From an uncultured bacterium (GTDB lineage: Bacteria; Pseudomonadota; Alphaproteobacteria; Rs-D84): 64,000 bases of DNA. The notes beneath the pieces are model-generated. The model had not been told where the DNA came from and made no database searches. It worked only from the letters and a program-made list of their open reading frames with translations. Shown here piece after piece: positions 29,014-38,442 of the stretch. How positions within the stretch are numbered: the stretch's first letter is position 1; the number at the start of each line of letters is the position of its first letter. The DNA is taken from positions 3,801-67,800 of the forward strand of contig CATNBF010000003.1 in the NCBI GenBank assembly GCA_950096895.1. The letters run 5' to 3'. A program made the position numbers and the translations under genes.

Positions 29014-29396
29014 AGAACAATTACAGGAATTGCACGGTTTATTATTTTATGTATTAACCGTACCCCAACCAAATGGTTGGGATTTATCATCATCTCTGAC
29101 GCCTGTACGGGGTTCTCACGCCCCAATGCGACAACACATCGCATCAAATGAAATTTTATATAAAAAAATTAAAAGAGCAATAAAAAACGTGCCCTTTGTG
29201 GGCAATAATTTTGCTTTATCCCCATAAAAAAGTCCTGTGCCATGCCACGACTAACCATTGTCTGGCCCATGTAACACGGTTGCCGGTTGATACGCATTTG
29301 TATTAAAAAATTGACGCATGGGTGGGCCCGCGCGCTCCACGCCTATATCCCCGGCCGCTAATGCTGCCCCCAACCGCCCATCTGAATTCTGCACAC

Positions 29397-29505
29397 TAAA
29401 AAAATCCACCCAATTGGGTGGATAATAAAAAAAAAGAACATTGCAGTTATAAGTGTTTTACGTCACCTATCTGACCCCTGCTCTGATGAAATCTGAACAC
29501 CCATA
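29397..29505. repeat. about 100-bp direct repeat, copy A, containing the 20-bp perfect palindrome ATCCACCCAATTGGGTGGAT (29404-29423)
   Basis: Near-identical copy at 29853-29950: AAAAATCCACCCAATTGGGTGGATAATAA...GAACATTGCAGTTATAAGTGTTTTACGTCACCTATCTGA. Confidence 0.8.
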
Positions 29506-29536
29506 AAAAATCCCGCCCATCGGCGAGATTTTTTAT
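29505..29536. terminator. rho-independent terminator (AAAAAATCCCGCC-catc-GGCGAGATTTTTTAT)
   Basis: A-tract, 7/8-bp stem, T-tract. Lies 3' of the small minus ORF 29533-29733. Confidence 0.5.
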
Positions 29537-29733
29537 CGACCTTCATTGTGTTTCTGCTGTTTTAAGTGAGCTCTCAATTCTTTGATTCTCGCCCACATGA
29601 ACATAATCCGTTCATCACGTTCACCCAACGCATTATTGTAATTATCTATAATTTTGTGACCTGCCTTAACGATCCCAAACCCACATATAAACGCCCAGAA
29701 TAAGTACCCAGGCAAAATCCCAATTGCTGCCAT
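29533..29733 (-). CDS. hypothetical small membrane protein (66 aa) flanked by the direct repeats
   Basis: One TM helix (IGILPGYLFWAFICGFGIV) followed by a charged tail. Own terminator. Sits between the two 100-bp repeat copies. Confidence 0.3.
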   Translation of the reverse strand: MAAIGILPGYLFWAFICGFGIVKAGHKIIDNYNNALGERDERIMFMWARIKELRAHLKQQKHNEGR

Positions 29734-29852
29734 GTAAATCGAAATCCGCAGCTGGGCTTATCATATCCTTCTGGAGCATTTTTTTGGGGAATGTTAGCAG
29801 TGCCCCCATTTGAACTCCAAAATATAACACATGCGGGTATAACGTCGGCAGA

Positions 29853-29950
29853 ATAAAAATCCACCCAATTGGGTGGATAATAATAAGAACATTGCAGTTA
29901 TAAGTGTTTTACGTCACCTATCTGAACCCTGGCACTCTGAACACAAAAAA
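29853..29950. repeat. about 100-bp direct repeat, copy B (palindrome at 29859-29878)
   Basis: See copy A. About 456 bp apart in the same orientation. Confidence 0.8.
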
Positions 29951-29973
29951 TGCCCCGTTGGGGCATTTTTTCT
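29946..29973. terminator. bidirectional terminator (AAAAAATGCCCC-gtt-GGGGCATTTTTTC) immediately 3' of rpsK
   Basis: Perfect 7-bp stem flanked by an A-tract and a T-tract. rpsK stop at 29974. Confidence 0.6.
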
Positions 29974-30357
29974 TTACACGCGACGTACTTTCTTTGGGCG
30001 GCATCCATTGTGCGGAATACGTGTCGTATCCGTAATAGATTGCACGATCAACCCTGCGTTTGATAAACCACGAACCGCAGATTCCCGACCCTGGCCGATA
30101 CCACGCATCAGAACGTCTACTGTCTTCATACCCATTTCTGCGACTTTCTTGCCCACAGAATCTGCAACAACAGTTGCGGCGTACGGTGTCGATTTTTTTG
30201 CACCCTTAAAATTATTCGCCCCGGCGGTCGCCCATGTTAAAACCGCACCAGATTGATCTGTGATTGTAATACGTGTGTTATTGTTTGTCGCAACCACATG
30301 GGCAATCCCATGAGATACTTTTTTAACGACTTTCTTTTTTGCTTTTGTAACTGCCAT
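29974..30357 (-). CDS. rpsK: 30S ribosomal protein S11
   Basis: MAVTKAKKKVVKK...GIAHVVATNNNTRITITD...GLNSAGLIVQSITDTTRIPHNGCRP is the S11 signature. Confidence 0.93.
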   Translation of the reverse strand: MAVTKAKKKVVKKVSHGIAHVVATNNNTRITITDQSGAVLTWATAGANNFKGAKKSTPYAATVVADSVGKKVAEMGMKTVDVLMRGIGQGRESAVRGLSNAGLIVQSITDTTRIPHNGCRPKKVRRV

Positions 30358-30518
30358 TATTTTTTACCTTTATTCGATGTCTTCAATTAACTATGGTGTT
30401 AATCTCTACCTTTTTCAAAACTCAAGAGAACGTTGCAGATGTGGGATGATGGACGACGGGAGTGTACATAACACATGACCAAAGTCCAACGCCCACAGAT
30501 GCGGCGTTATATTGAATT

Positions 30519-30896
30519 TTACTTACCCTTGGTGGCGGAACCGGCGACAACCACGCGCTTGCCCTTGCGGGTACGTGCGTTTGTCTGGGTACGCTGACCG
30601 CGAACCGGCAAGCGGTTACGGTGACGAATCCCACGATACGCCTTTAGGTCTTGTAAACGCTTGATATTCATCGCAACTTCACGACGAACATCACCTTCGA
30701 CCTTAAAATTCTGTTCGATATAATTCGAAATTTTAACAACATCCTCGTCAGTTAGATCCTTGGTGCGCAGCCCATCTTTCAATTTCAAGGCCTTGCAAAT
30801 CTGGGCGGCCTTGGCCGGACCAATCCCATGGATATACTGTAACGCAATTTCGATGCGTTTTTCTGTCGGAATGTTCACACCTGCTATACGTGCCAT
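30519..30896 (-). CDS. rpsM: 30S ribosomal protein S13
   Basis: [33 protein letters not shown]... canonical S13. Confidence 0.93.
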   Translation of the reverse strand: MARIAGVNIPTEKRIEIALQYIHGIGPAKAAQICKALKLKDGLRTKDLTDEDVVKISNYIEQNFKVEGDVRREVAMNIKRLQDLKAYRGIRHRNRLPVRGQRTQTNARTRKGKRVVVAGSATKGK

Positions 30897-31005
30897 CTTT
30901 TGTTTTCCTTTTTTATTAATCTTGCCGTCGCCTATTTTACACGGAATACGACAAAAGTCAATTTTTAGTTTACCACAACATTTTCATGTTGCCGGGAACG
31001 CAGAA

Positions 31006-32325
31006 TTACCCGCGGAAACGTCCCTTTTTGTGCGCCGTCTTGATAACGCCGCTGTATTGCTTGGCCACCAGATAAGATTGCACCTGGTTCATGGTATCCA
31101 AGACAACCCCTGCGACAATCAATACGCTGGTTCCGCCGATAACCAACGGCATCCCCATATGCGTGTTCAGGATGATCGGTAACACACAGACCACAATCAG
31201 GTACGCAACCCCAATCGCCGTCGTACGTGATACCACCCCGTCCAAGTAATGAACAGTCTGTTCACCCGGACGGACACCCGGAATATACCCCCCAGCATTT
31301 TTCAAATTATTGCTGGTTTCTTCAGAATTGAATATAACCGCGGTCTGGAAATACGCAAAGAACGCGATTAATAAAGTATACAAGGCCAAATATGTCCATG
31401 TCCCATATGTAAAGAACGACATAATGTTTTGGACAACCAAACTTTCGCTCTGGACAAAGCGTTGCACAAATGCTGGTAACATCATGATACTGGCCGCGAA
31501 AACCGGTCCCATAACCCCAGACATGTTCACCTTGATCGGCAAATAGGACGCATTGGTGTTCATCACACCGTTGGCCATAACTTGACGCGGATACAGAATT
31601 TGAATCCGACGTTGTGCCTGTTCAAAGAACGCAATCAAGGCCACAATACCAACCACAAACGCTGCAATCAAGGCAATCATTGCCGGTGACATCTGTCCCA
31701 CCGACCCCAGCGAGATAACCTTGGCCAGCCCGCCTGGGATTTCTGCGACAATTCCTGCAAAAATCAACAGCGATGCGCCCTGGCCGATACCACGTGCGGT
31801 AATTTGTTCTGCCAACCACATAACAAATACAGTTCCACCAACCAACGCCACGATGGCCGATAATTCAAATGCAAAGCCGGGATTAACCACCGCCGGGATT
31901 CCATTAACCGGTGCCATCATTTCCAGACCACGCACCACGGCCCATCCCTGGACAATCGCCAAGAATACCGCCAGATAACGTGTATACTGATTGATCTTAA
32001 CGCGTCCCGATTCCCCTTCTTTGCGCAACTCGCCCAGCGACTTGCTGGTCGCGGTCAACAACTGTAACACGATAGAAGCCGAGATATACGGGAAAATATT
32101 CAACGCCAAAACCGACATACGTGACAGCGATCCGCCAGAAAACATGTTGAACATGTCCATCATGCCACTGCCTTCGCCGGTAAACAAATGCAAAACCGCC
32201 GACGCATTAACACCCGGCAACGGAATAAATGAACCAATGCGATAGACAATCAACGCCCCCAATGTAAACATAATGCGCCGTTGCAAATCACTCATCCCTG
32301 TAAAGATTTTCTTAATGAAATTCAT
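31006..32325 (-). CDS. secY: preprotein translocase subunit SecY
   Basis: Ten TM segments and the RGIGQGASLLIFAGIVA motif. ATG 32325 (MNFIKK, AGAGAGA RBS) preferred over the track's GTG 32352. Confidence 0.92.
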   Translation of the reverse strand: MNFIKKIFTGMSDLQRRIMFTLGALIVYRIGSFIPLPGVNASAVLHLFTGEGSGMMDMFNMFSGGSLSRMSVLALNIFPYISASIVLQLLTATSKSLGELRKEGESGRVKINQYTRYLAVFLAIVQGWAVVRGLEMMAPVNGIPAVVNPGFAFELSAIVALVGGTVFVMWLAEQITARGIGQGASLLIFAGIVAEIPGGLAKVISLGSVGQMSPAMIALIAAFVVGIVALIAFFEQAQRRIQILYPRQVMANGVMNTNASYLPIKVNMSGVMGPVFAASIMMLPAFVQRFVQSESLVVQNIMSFFTYGTWTYLALYTLLIAFFAYFQTAVIFNSEETSNNLKNAGGYIPGVRPGEQTVHYLDGVVSRTTAIGVAYLIVVCVLPIILNTHMGMPLVIGGTSVLIVAGVVLDTMNQVQSYLVAKQYSGVIKTAHKKGRFRG

Positions 32326-32329
32326 CTGC

Positions 32330-32620
32330 TTATCTCTCTCTGGACTTGGCACAATCTAAGGCCCTGGCTAAAAACACATGTTTTTTTGCCATTTTCATCG
32401 GCTGTTGTGCTTTTTTATTCAAGGCATTGATATATGCCATCACCAACAGATTAAAGACCCGTGCTTGATATTCGGCCGGCAAATATCCCGGCAAGTCATC
32501 AATCATTGCCACGGCCAAGTCCGGTCGATCTGCCATCACAATGACATCTGCGGTACCAGAATGCATCACATGATTCATATGTGCCACCTGGGAACGAATA
32601 TAATCACGTGTCAAACTCAT
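32330..32620 (-). CDS. hypothetical small protein (96 aa), tandem paralog A, inserted between rplO and secY
   Basis: Shares LPGYLPAEYQARVFNLLVMAYINALNKKAQQ and HVFLARALDCAK with paralog B (LPDYIPEHYQMQMQRIWILTALNIIKQESKE and HRVLEANLNACR). No signal peptide. Confidence 0.45.
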   Translation of the reverse strand: MSLTRDYIRSQVAHMNHVMHSGTADVIVMADRPDLAVAMIDDLPGYLPAEYQARVFNLLVMAYINALNKKAQQPMKMAKKHVFLARALDCAKSRER

Positions 32621-32621
32621 C

Positions 32622-32924
32622 TTATTTTGCCTTGATCGATTTATTAACCCGGCATGCGTTCAAATTCGCTTCCAAGACACGATGCCATTGACGCAATGAA
32701 TGAGATTCTTTACTTTCTTGCTTAATTATATTTAATGCAGTCAGTATCCAAATTCGTTGCATCTGCATCTGATAATGTTCGGGGATATAGTCTGGTAACA
32801 TCATTTTTTCCAATGTTACCTGACCATCCAAAATCTTACATTTTGTTTCATAGGACACATACCATGCATTCCCCCACAGGGCACGCATATAATTTGCCAA
32901 GGAAATCCCCCGTAATATCGTCAT
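32622..32924 (-). CDS. hypothetical small protein (100 aa), tandem paralog B
   Basis: See paralog A. 1-nt spacing between B stop and A start. 12-nt spacing from the rplO stop. Confidence 0.45.
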   Translation of the reverse strand: MTILRGISLANYMRALWGNAWYVSYETKCKILDGQVTLEKMMLPDYIPEHYQMQMQRIWILTALNIIKQESKESHSLRQWHRVLEANLNACRVNKSIKAK

Positions 32925-32936
32925 TATTTTGCCTTA

Positions 32937-33395
32937 TTATTTTGCCTTGATCGAACCACCCGCTTTCACAACAGCTGCTTCGGCAGCCTTGGACCATTTA
33001 TCCGCCACAATTTCAACTTTGGATTTAATTTCACCCTTGGCCAAAACTTTCAAGCCCGACATCCGACGGTTAATGATTTTAGCATTCAATAATGTATCAA
33101 TCGTGATCGGCGATTTCGCATCAATTTTGCCAGACGCAATAAACTTTTCAATATCGCCCAAATTGATGGTTGCATAGTCTTTGGCAAACGGATTATTGAA
33201 ACCAAATTTCGGGAAACGACGTAAAATTGGCATCTGTCCCCCTTGGAACGTCGCCTGCTTGCGGGAACCGCTGCGCGCCTTTTGCCCTTTGTGACCACGG
33301 CCAGATGTTTTACCCATGCCAGATCCCATACCACGCCCCACGCGTTTAACATTGCTGCGTGCGCCCAAATTATCCATTAATGCATTCAGTTTCAT
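32937..33395 (-). CDS. rplO: 50S ribosomal protein L15
   Basis: MKLNALMDNLGARSNVKRVGRGMGSGMGKTSGRGHKGQKARSG canonical L15. Confidence 0.93.
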   Translation of the reverse strand: MKLNALMDNLGARSNVKRVGRGMGSGMGKTSGRGHKGQKARSGSRKQATFQGGQMPILRRFPKFGFNNPFAKDYATINLGDIEKFIASGKIDAKSPITIDTLLNAKIINRRMSGLKVLAKGEIKSKVEIVADKWSKAAEAAVVKAGGSIKAK

Positions 33396-33586
33396 TTTAT
33401 ATCCTTTTTATTCCTATATAGGGGTTCCAAAATCCAATAAAATCGCAAAACATATATAACTTTTGCCAATCAGCCAAAAATTAAATCCCCTGTCGTGCGA
33501 TTTAGACCATGTATCTTGTTCCCCTATGAACCCTGATGGGTTCTTAAATCGCATGGGGCATGCGCCCCATACTCGGTTTAACTTAA

Positions 33587-33763
33587 TTATTCCACAACTT
33601 CGACCAGATGCGAAACCTTGGCAATCATGCCACGTACCGCCGGTGTATCGCCCAGTTCTTTGGTCTGACCAATACGCCCCAGTCCCAATGCTTTGATCAC
33701 TTTGCATTGTGATTCCGGACGCCCGATGATGCTTTTCACTTGTTTTACAATTACTTTTGCCAT
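33587..33763 (-). CDS. rpmD: 50S ribosomal protein L30
   Basis: Not in the ORF track (58 aa). Translates to MAKVIVKQVKSIIGRPESQCKVIKALGLGRIGQTKELGDTPAVRGMIAKVSHLVEVVE, an L30 fold in the expected position between rpsE and rplO. Confidence 0.8.
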   Translation of the reverse strand: MAKVIVKQVKSIIGRPESQCKVIKALGLGRIGQTKELGDTPAVRGMIAKVSHLVEVVE

Positions 33764-33811
33764 AATTCAAACACTCCGTCTTTATGTGCCAGAAATGCCC
33801 GGCACATATTA

Positions 33812-34375
33812 TTATTTGTCTTCGCCATTATCTGCGGCATCGGCCTTTTTACCATCACGACCCGCGATGATTTCAGCCACTGTTTTACCGCGACGTGCCG
33901 CCACTGTTTTCGGCGAATTCATTTTTGCAAATGCCAAGAATGCCGCACGAATCATGTTATTCGGATTATTCGATCCCTGGGACTTTACCACAACGTCTTG
34001 GACGCCCAAGCATTCAAACACGGCACGCAACGCACCACCCGCAATAATCCCCGTACCAGGAACCGCACTGCGGACAACCAGCTTGCTGGCCCCGTATTTC
34101 GCCGCAACGTCATGATGCAATGTCCGACCTTCTTTCAGCGGGACCCGCACCATTTTGGCTTTGGCTGCTTTGGTTGCCTTTTGAACGGCAGATTGTACTT
34201 CCAGGGCCTTACCCTTACCAAATCCAACCTTGCCTGCCTTGTCACCGACCACAACCAAGGCCGAGAAAGACATGTTACGTCCGCCCTTTACTGTTTTGGA
34301 AACGCGATTGATCGAAACCAATTTATCGACCAAATTGCTTTCCGCCTGCAAATTCTTATTATCAAAACGTGCCAT
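33812..34375 (-). CDS. rpsE: 30S ribosomal protein S5
   Basis: [43 protein letters not shown] canonical S5. Confidence 0.93.
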   Translation of the reverse strand: MARFDNKNLQAESNLVDKLVSINRVSKTVKGGRNMSFSALVVVGDKAGKVGFGKGKALEVQSAVQKATKAAKAKMVRVPLKEGRTLHHDVAAKYGASKLVVRSAVPGTGIIAGGALRAVFECLGVQDVVVKSQGSNNPNNMIRAAFLAFAKMNSPKTVAARRGKTVAEIIAGRDGKKADAADNGEDK

Positions 34376-34398
34376 TTATAAACTCCGTATATTCCAGT

Positions 34399-34773
34399 TT
34401 AGATTCTAACGCCGCCGGCGCGGATTGCTTCGCACAGGGCCTTAACCCGACCATGATAACGATAGCCGCCGCGATCGAAATAGCAATTATCTGTAATTTT
34501 CGCCTTAGATGCCCGTTCGGCAAACACCTTGCCAACCATTTCGGCACCAGCCACGTTCCAGCCCTTGCCCTTAAAATCTTTTTCCTTAGACGAGGCAGCA
34601 CAAATCGTATGACCGCGTGTATCATCAATGGCCTGAATTTCAATGTGACGTCCCGAACGATGAACCGACAAGCGGATTTTTTCCGGGTTCTTACGTTTCA
34701 ACGCACCACGATTGGCCAGTGTGCGTCTTTCTTCACTAGACAAATGTTTTAACATTTTGTTTCCTTTTTTCAT
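34399..34773 (-). CDS. rplR: 50S ribosomal protein L18
   Basis: [29 protein letters not shown]...[22 protein letters not shown] canonical L18. Start may be the internal M at 34755. Confidence 0.9.
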   Translation of the reverse strand: MKKGNKMLKHLSSEERRTLANRGALKRKNPEKIRLSVHRSGRHIEIQAIDDTRGHTICAASSKEKDFKGKGWNVAGAEMVGKVFAERASKAKITDNCYFDRGGYRYHGRVKALCEAIRAGGVRI

Positions 34774-34995
34774 ATTCCCGTAACAGCGGGAATGACCTTG
34801 TTAAATCTTATTTCTGACGATCTTGGATGTTTTTGTTGCGGTGTTCACCCATTTCTTTCAAATTCTTTTTGAATTTTGAATTCCACAAAGATGCAACACC
34901 CCATCCCACCGCGATGCCCAGCATCATAGCAGCCAAAACATCCGGCAGAACTTTAACAAAAACATTATTTTCCAAGACCATCAGACCTGTCCTAA

Positions 34996-35547
34996 TTATT
35001 TCTTTTTGCCTTCTTTACGACGGACTTTTTCATTCTTATAGAAGATCCCTTTGCCCTTGTACGGATCAGCCTTGCGAACCTTGTGAATCTTGTCTGCAAA
35101 TTGACCCACCAGACACTTGTCTGCACCCTTGATGGTGAATTCAACCGGTGTCGCACCCATTTCAACAGTCAAGCCTTCGGGAATCGGCATAACCACATCA
35201 TGCGAATAACCCGCAACCAAGACCAATTCTTTACCTTTGACCGATGCTTTGTAACCAACACCCTTCATATACATTTCTTTGGCAAAGCCTTCTGAGACAC
35301 CAATCACCGCAGCCTTGATATTGCGGTTCATTGTTCCCCACATCGCACGCGATGCTTTGTCCTGATCATTTTTGGGGGTAACAACCACATGGCCATCTTC
35401 GATTTTTACATCGACCAAACCGGCGTTTTTAGAATCCAACGCAATTTTCAATTCACCCTTGGGGCCTTTGACCACCAAGGCATTATCAACAACCGTGACG
35501 GTAACACCGTCTTTCAGCTGAACTGGATATTTTCCTGCACGAGACAT
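34996..35547 (-). CDS. rplF: 50S ribosomal protein L6
   Basis: MSRAGKYPVQLKDGVTVTV...LVVKGPKGEL canonical L6. Confidence 0.93.
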   Translation of the reverse strand: MSRAGKYPVQLKDGVTVTVVDNALVVKGPKGELKIALDSKNAGLVDVKIEDGHVVVTPKNDQDKASRAMWGTMNRNIKAAVIGVSEGFAKEMYMKGVGYKASVKGKELVLVAGYSHDVVMPIPEGLTVEMGATPVEFTIKGADKCLVGQFADKIHKVRKADPYKGKGIFYKNEKVRRKEGKKK

Positions 35548-35583
35548 ATTAAATCCTTATTTCTTCTGATTGCCGAACCGCAA

Positions 35584-35982
35584 TTAAATTACCTTGCACA
35601 ATATTTCGCCGCCAACATTCATCAAGCGAGCCTTGTGGTCTGTCATAACACCAGCCGGTGTGGACACAATCGCCACGCCCAAGCCATTCAAAATCTTTGG
35701 CATTTTGGCACTGCCGGAATAAACACGACGGCCCGGTTTAGAAACCACAGAAATTTCCTGGATCGCCCCGTTACCACCAACGTACTTTAATTCAACAACC
35801 AGGTTTGAACGATGATCATCGATTTTTTCCTGACGAAAATCAGTAATAAAACCTTCTTCTTTCAATACCGCCAAAACCGCCGCACGCAACTTGCTATTCG
35901 GCATCGTGACGAATTCTTTACCAGCATTTTGACCATTGCGAATGCGGGTCAACATATCTCCAATCGGATGTGATAATGACAT
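35584..35982 (-). CDS. rpsH: 30S ribosomal protein S8
   Basis: MSLSHPIGDMLTRIRNGQNAGKEFVTMPNSKL canonical S8. Confidence 0.93.
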   Translation of the reverse strand: MSLSHPIGDMLTRIRNGQNAGKEFVTMPNSKLRAAVLAVLKEEGFITDFRQEKIDDHRSNLVVELKYVGGNGAIQEISVVSKPGRRVYSGSAKMPKILNGLGVAIVSTPAGVMTDHKARLMNVGGEILCKVI

Positions 35983-36051
35983 ATTTTACTCCTTATACAG
36001 TTTTTTCTGTATCAGCTGCATTGTCCACAGCTTGTGTTTTTGTTAAATTCT

Positions 36052-36354
36052 TTACCAGCTGGACTTACGAACACCTGGCAATTTACCTTCGGACGCCAAC
36101 GTACGCAACTGTTGACGGCACAGGCCAAACATACGTGAAAACCCACGTGCACGTCCCGTAATAGAACAACGATTATGCAAACGTGTACGATTTGCATTCC
36201 GCGGCAGTTTTGCCATCTTCAACATGGCTTCCTGACGTTCTTCGGGTGTGGCGTTAACGGACATTTTCGCCTTTTGCGCATCATACTTTTTAGCGTACTT
36301 CGCAACCAGCTTTTCCCGTTTTTTCTGTTTGTTAATCAATGCTAATTTAGCCAT
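36052..36354 (-). CDS. rpsN: 30S ribosomal protein S14 (long form)
   Basis: MAKLALINKQKKREKLVAKYAKKYDAQKA...LPRNANRTRLHNRCSITGRARGF canonical. Confidence 0.92.
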   Translation of the reverse strand: MAKLALINKQKKREKLVAKYAKKYDAQKAKMSVNATPEERQEAMLKMAKLPRNANRTRLHNRCSITGRARGFSRMFGLCRQQLRTLASEGKLPGVRKSSW

Positions 36355-36375
36355 TTTTTTTCCTTACTCTTAAAC

Positions 36376-36921
36376 TTATTTCAAGACCAGCGGCAATCCG
36401 ATTTTCGTCAGCAGTGCGCGTGCTTCGTCATCTGTTTTCGCCGTTGTTGCGATAACGATGTCCATCCCGCGAATAGAATCGATTTTATCAACCGAAATTT
36501 CCGGGAAGATCAAATGTTCCTTGACCCCAAAGGCATAATTTCCACGACCATCAAATTTAGATTTTGATAACCCACGGAAATCCTTGACGCGCGGCAAGGC
36601 AACTGTGATCAGCTTGTCCAAGAAATCATACATTCTTTTCCCGCGCAGGGTTACTTTGGTCCCGATCGGCTGACCCGCACGCAGACGATATGTCGCAATC
36701 GATTTCTTGGCACATGTGATAACAGACTTTTGTGCCGCAATCGCCGTCAGGTCATTTGCCGCCGCATCCAATTTCTTTTTATCCGAAACCGCTTCACCAA
36801 CACCCATATTCAAGACAATCTTGCTTAATTTCGGCACGGCGAATTGATTTGTATAGCCGAATTCTTTGATCAATTCCGGCACAATGTTCTTTTCATAAAT
36901 TTCACGCAATCTGCTTTGCAT
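36376..36921 (-). CDS. rplE: 50S ribosomal protein L5
   Basis: [44 protein letters not shown] canonical L5. Confidence 0.93.
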   Translation of the reverse strand: MQSRLREIYEKNIVPELIKEFGYTNQFAVPKLSKIVLNMGVGEAVSDKKKLDAAANDLTAIAAQKSVITCAKKSIATYRLRAGQPIGTKVTLRGKRMYDFLDKLITVALPRVKDFRGLSKSKFDGRGNYAFGVKEHLIFPEISVDKIDSIRGMDIVIATTAKTDDEARALLTKIGLPLVLK

Positions 36922-36969
36922 TTCTTAATCCTTAACGTTTTGGCCCCGTAACAGCGGGTCCCGGTAATC

Positions 36970-37272
36970 TTATATTTCCGCCCCAGATTTCTTTGCGATG
37001 CGAACCTTTTTACCTTGGTCCATTTTGAACCCGGCACGTGTCGCCTTCTGGGTTTTCGGGTCAATCAGGGCAACATTTGAAACGTGCACTGGTGCTTCGC
37101 GGTCAATAATATGACCGGGTTGTTCCTGGGTCGGTTTAATGTGCCATTTACGACGGTTGACACCTTCGACAACAACGCGTGATTCGGACGGACGCGCTTC
37201 CAGGACTTTACCTTTGACGCCTTTGTATTTTCCCGAAATGACTACGACTTCATCGCCTTTCTTAATTTTCAT
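36970..37272 (-). CDS. rplX: 50S ribosomal protein L24
   Basis: [27 protein letters not shown] motif. Confidence 0.92.
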   Translation of the reverse strand: MKIKKGDEVVVISGKYKGVKGKVLEARPSESRVVVEGVNRRKWHIKPTQEQPGHIIDREAPVHVSNVALIDPKTQKATRAGFKMDQGKKVRIAKKSGAEI

Positions 37273-37298
37273 TTTTTAACCTCTCGTTCCGCCAATTA

Positions 37299-37673
37299 TT
37301 ATATAACTTCTGGTGCCAAAGACACGATCTTCTGAACGTCATATTTGCGGCGAACTTCACGGGCAATCGGCCCAAAAATACGCGTGCCAATCGGTTCAAA
37401 GTTGTTCTTGTTAATCAAGACAACCGCATTATCGTCAAAACGGATAATCGATCCATCCGCACGTTTGACGGGGAATTTGGTGCGGACGATAATCGCACGC
37501 TGCACCGTACCCTTTGCAACCTTACCACGTGGAATCGCTTCTTTAATTGCGACCACAATTTTATCGCCAACGGTGGCATAACGACGATGCGAACCACCCA
37601 AAACCTTGATGCACATCGCTTTGCGCGCACCAGAGTTGTCTGCGACTGTCATAACTGTTTCATTCTGAATCAT
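37299..37673 (-). CDS. rplN: 50S ribosomal protein L14
   Basis: [37 protein letters not shown] canonical L14. Confidence 0.93.
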   Translation of the reverse strand: MIQNETVMTVADNSGARKAMCIKVLGGSHRRYATVGDKIVVAIKEAIPRGKVAKGTVQRAIIVRTKFPVKRADGSIIRFDDNAVVLINKNNFEPIGTRIFGPIAREVRRKYDVQKIVSLAPEVI

Positions 37674-37786
37674 AACTACAATCCTTGTCCCTGCACACGG
37701 GGCAATCCCCCGTGGCTTTGTTATAGGTCCCGACTGCCTACCCCGCTAGATCAATTGGGGCAAACCTCAAAGAACCCGACCCTTGT

Positions 37787-38056
37787 TTATTCCGTCACTT
37801 CGACGGCACCGTCTTTCGAAACGCCAACGCGTCCCTTGACTACCCAAGATTTTGTCTTGGAAATCGGACGATGTTCTTCAATCGCAACGATATCCCCAAC
37901 CTTGTATTCGTTGTTTTCATCGTGCGCCTTGTACTTTTTGTTCTGCTTCACGAACTTACCATACAACGGATGACGAAAGCGGCGTTCCACTTCGACAACG
38001 ACAGTTTTGTCGTTCGCTGTACTCTTCACTGTTCCTTGCAGTATACGTCTTGGCAT
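37787..38056 (-). CDS. rpsQ: 30S ribosomal protein S17
   Basis: [47 protein letters not shown] canonical S17. Confidence 0.92.
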   Translation of the reverse strand: MPRRILQGTVKSTANDKTVVVEVERRFRHPLYGKFVKQNKKYKAHDENNEYKVGDIVAIEEHRPISKTKSWVVKGRVGVSKDGAVEVTE

Positions 38057-38194
38057 AACCTTTGTCCTTACTCTTGCTGGCTTTTTTCCCGGAAATCCGG
38101 CAAAAAACGCCCTGTTAGTGTTTTCTGCACTTGAATTCCATCTTAATCGCCAGGTACAAATTTACCAGCCATTAAGAAAAAATCAAGTATTTTC

Positions 38195-38398
38195 TTATTT
38201 TGCAGCGTTTAACTTTGTCTTGACGCGTGCGATTTCGCGACGTGTCTGCCGAATGACATGTGTCTTGGGCAATTGACCCGCCACGTGGGCAAAACGCTGA
38301 TTCATTTGTTCTTTTTTCAAATCAACCAGCTTGCTCTGCAACGCTTCTTTGGTCAAGGCTTCGTTTTCCGCTGTGTTTTTAACTTTCTTTTCTGCCAT
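38195..38398 (-). CDS. rpmC: 50S ribosomal protein L29
   Basis: [48 protein letters not shown] canonical L29. Confidence 0.88.
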   Translation of the reverse strand: MAEKKVKNTAENEALTKEALQSKLVDLKKEQMNQRFAHVAGQLPKTHVIRQTRREIARVKTKLNAAK

Positions 38399-38442
38399 CT
38401 TATGCTACCTTTTTTGCGCGGGTGTCCCGGGGGACACCAACA

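Noticed and set aside
29225-29400. Possible structured ncRNA (SRP RNA, tmRNA or 6S) upstream of repeat copy A
   Set aside because: No recognisable conserved motifs (no SRP domain IV GGAAGCAGCC-like core, no tRNA-like 3' end with T-loop and CCA). Only generic GC-rich palindromes. Cannot support from sequence alone.
29397-29950. CRISPR array
   Set aside because: Only two copies of a 100-bp repeat separated by about 350 bp containing an ORF and a terminator. No short regular repeat-spacer periodicity and no cas genes in the window.
32326-32352. GTG start at 32352 for secY
   Set aside because: It would overlap the upstream small ORF by 23 nt and has no SD. ATG 32325 (MNFIKK) has an AGAGAGA RBS and gives a normal SecY N-terminus. 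The GTG start remains a possibility.
33414-33770. 118-aa minus-strand ORF between rpsE and rplO
   Set aside because: No similarity to anything. A different frame in the same place encodes a textbook L30 (rpmD, 58 aa), which is expected at this position.
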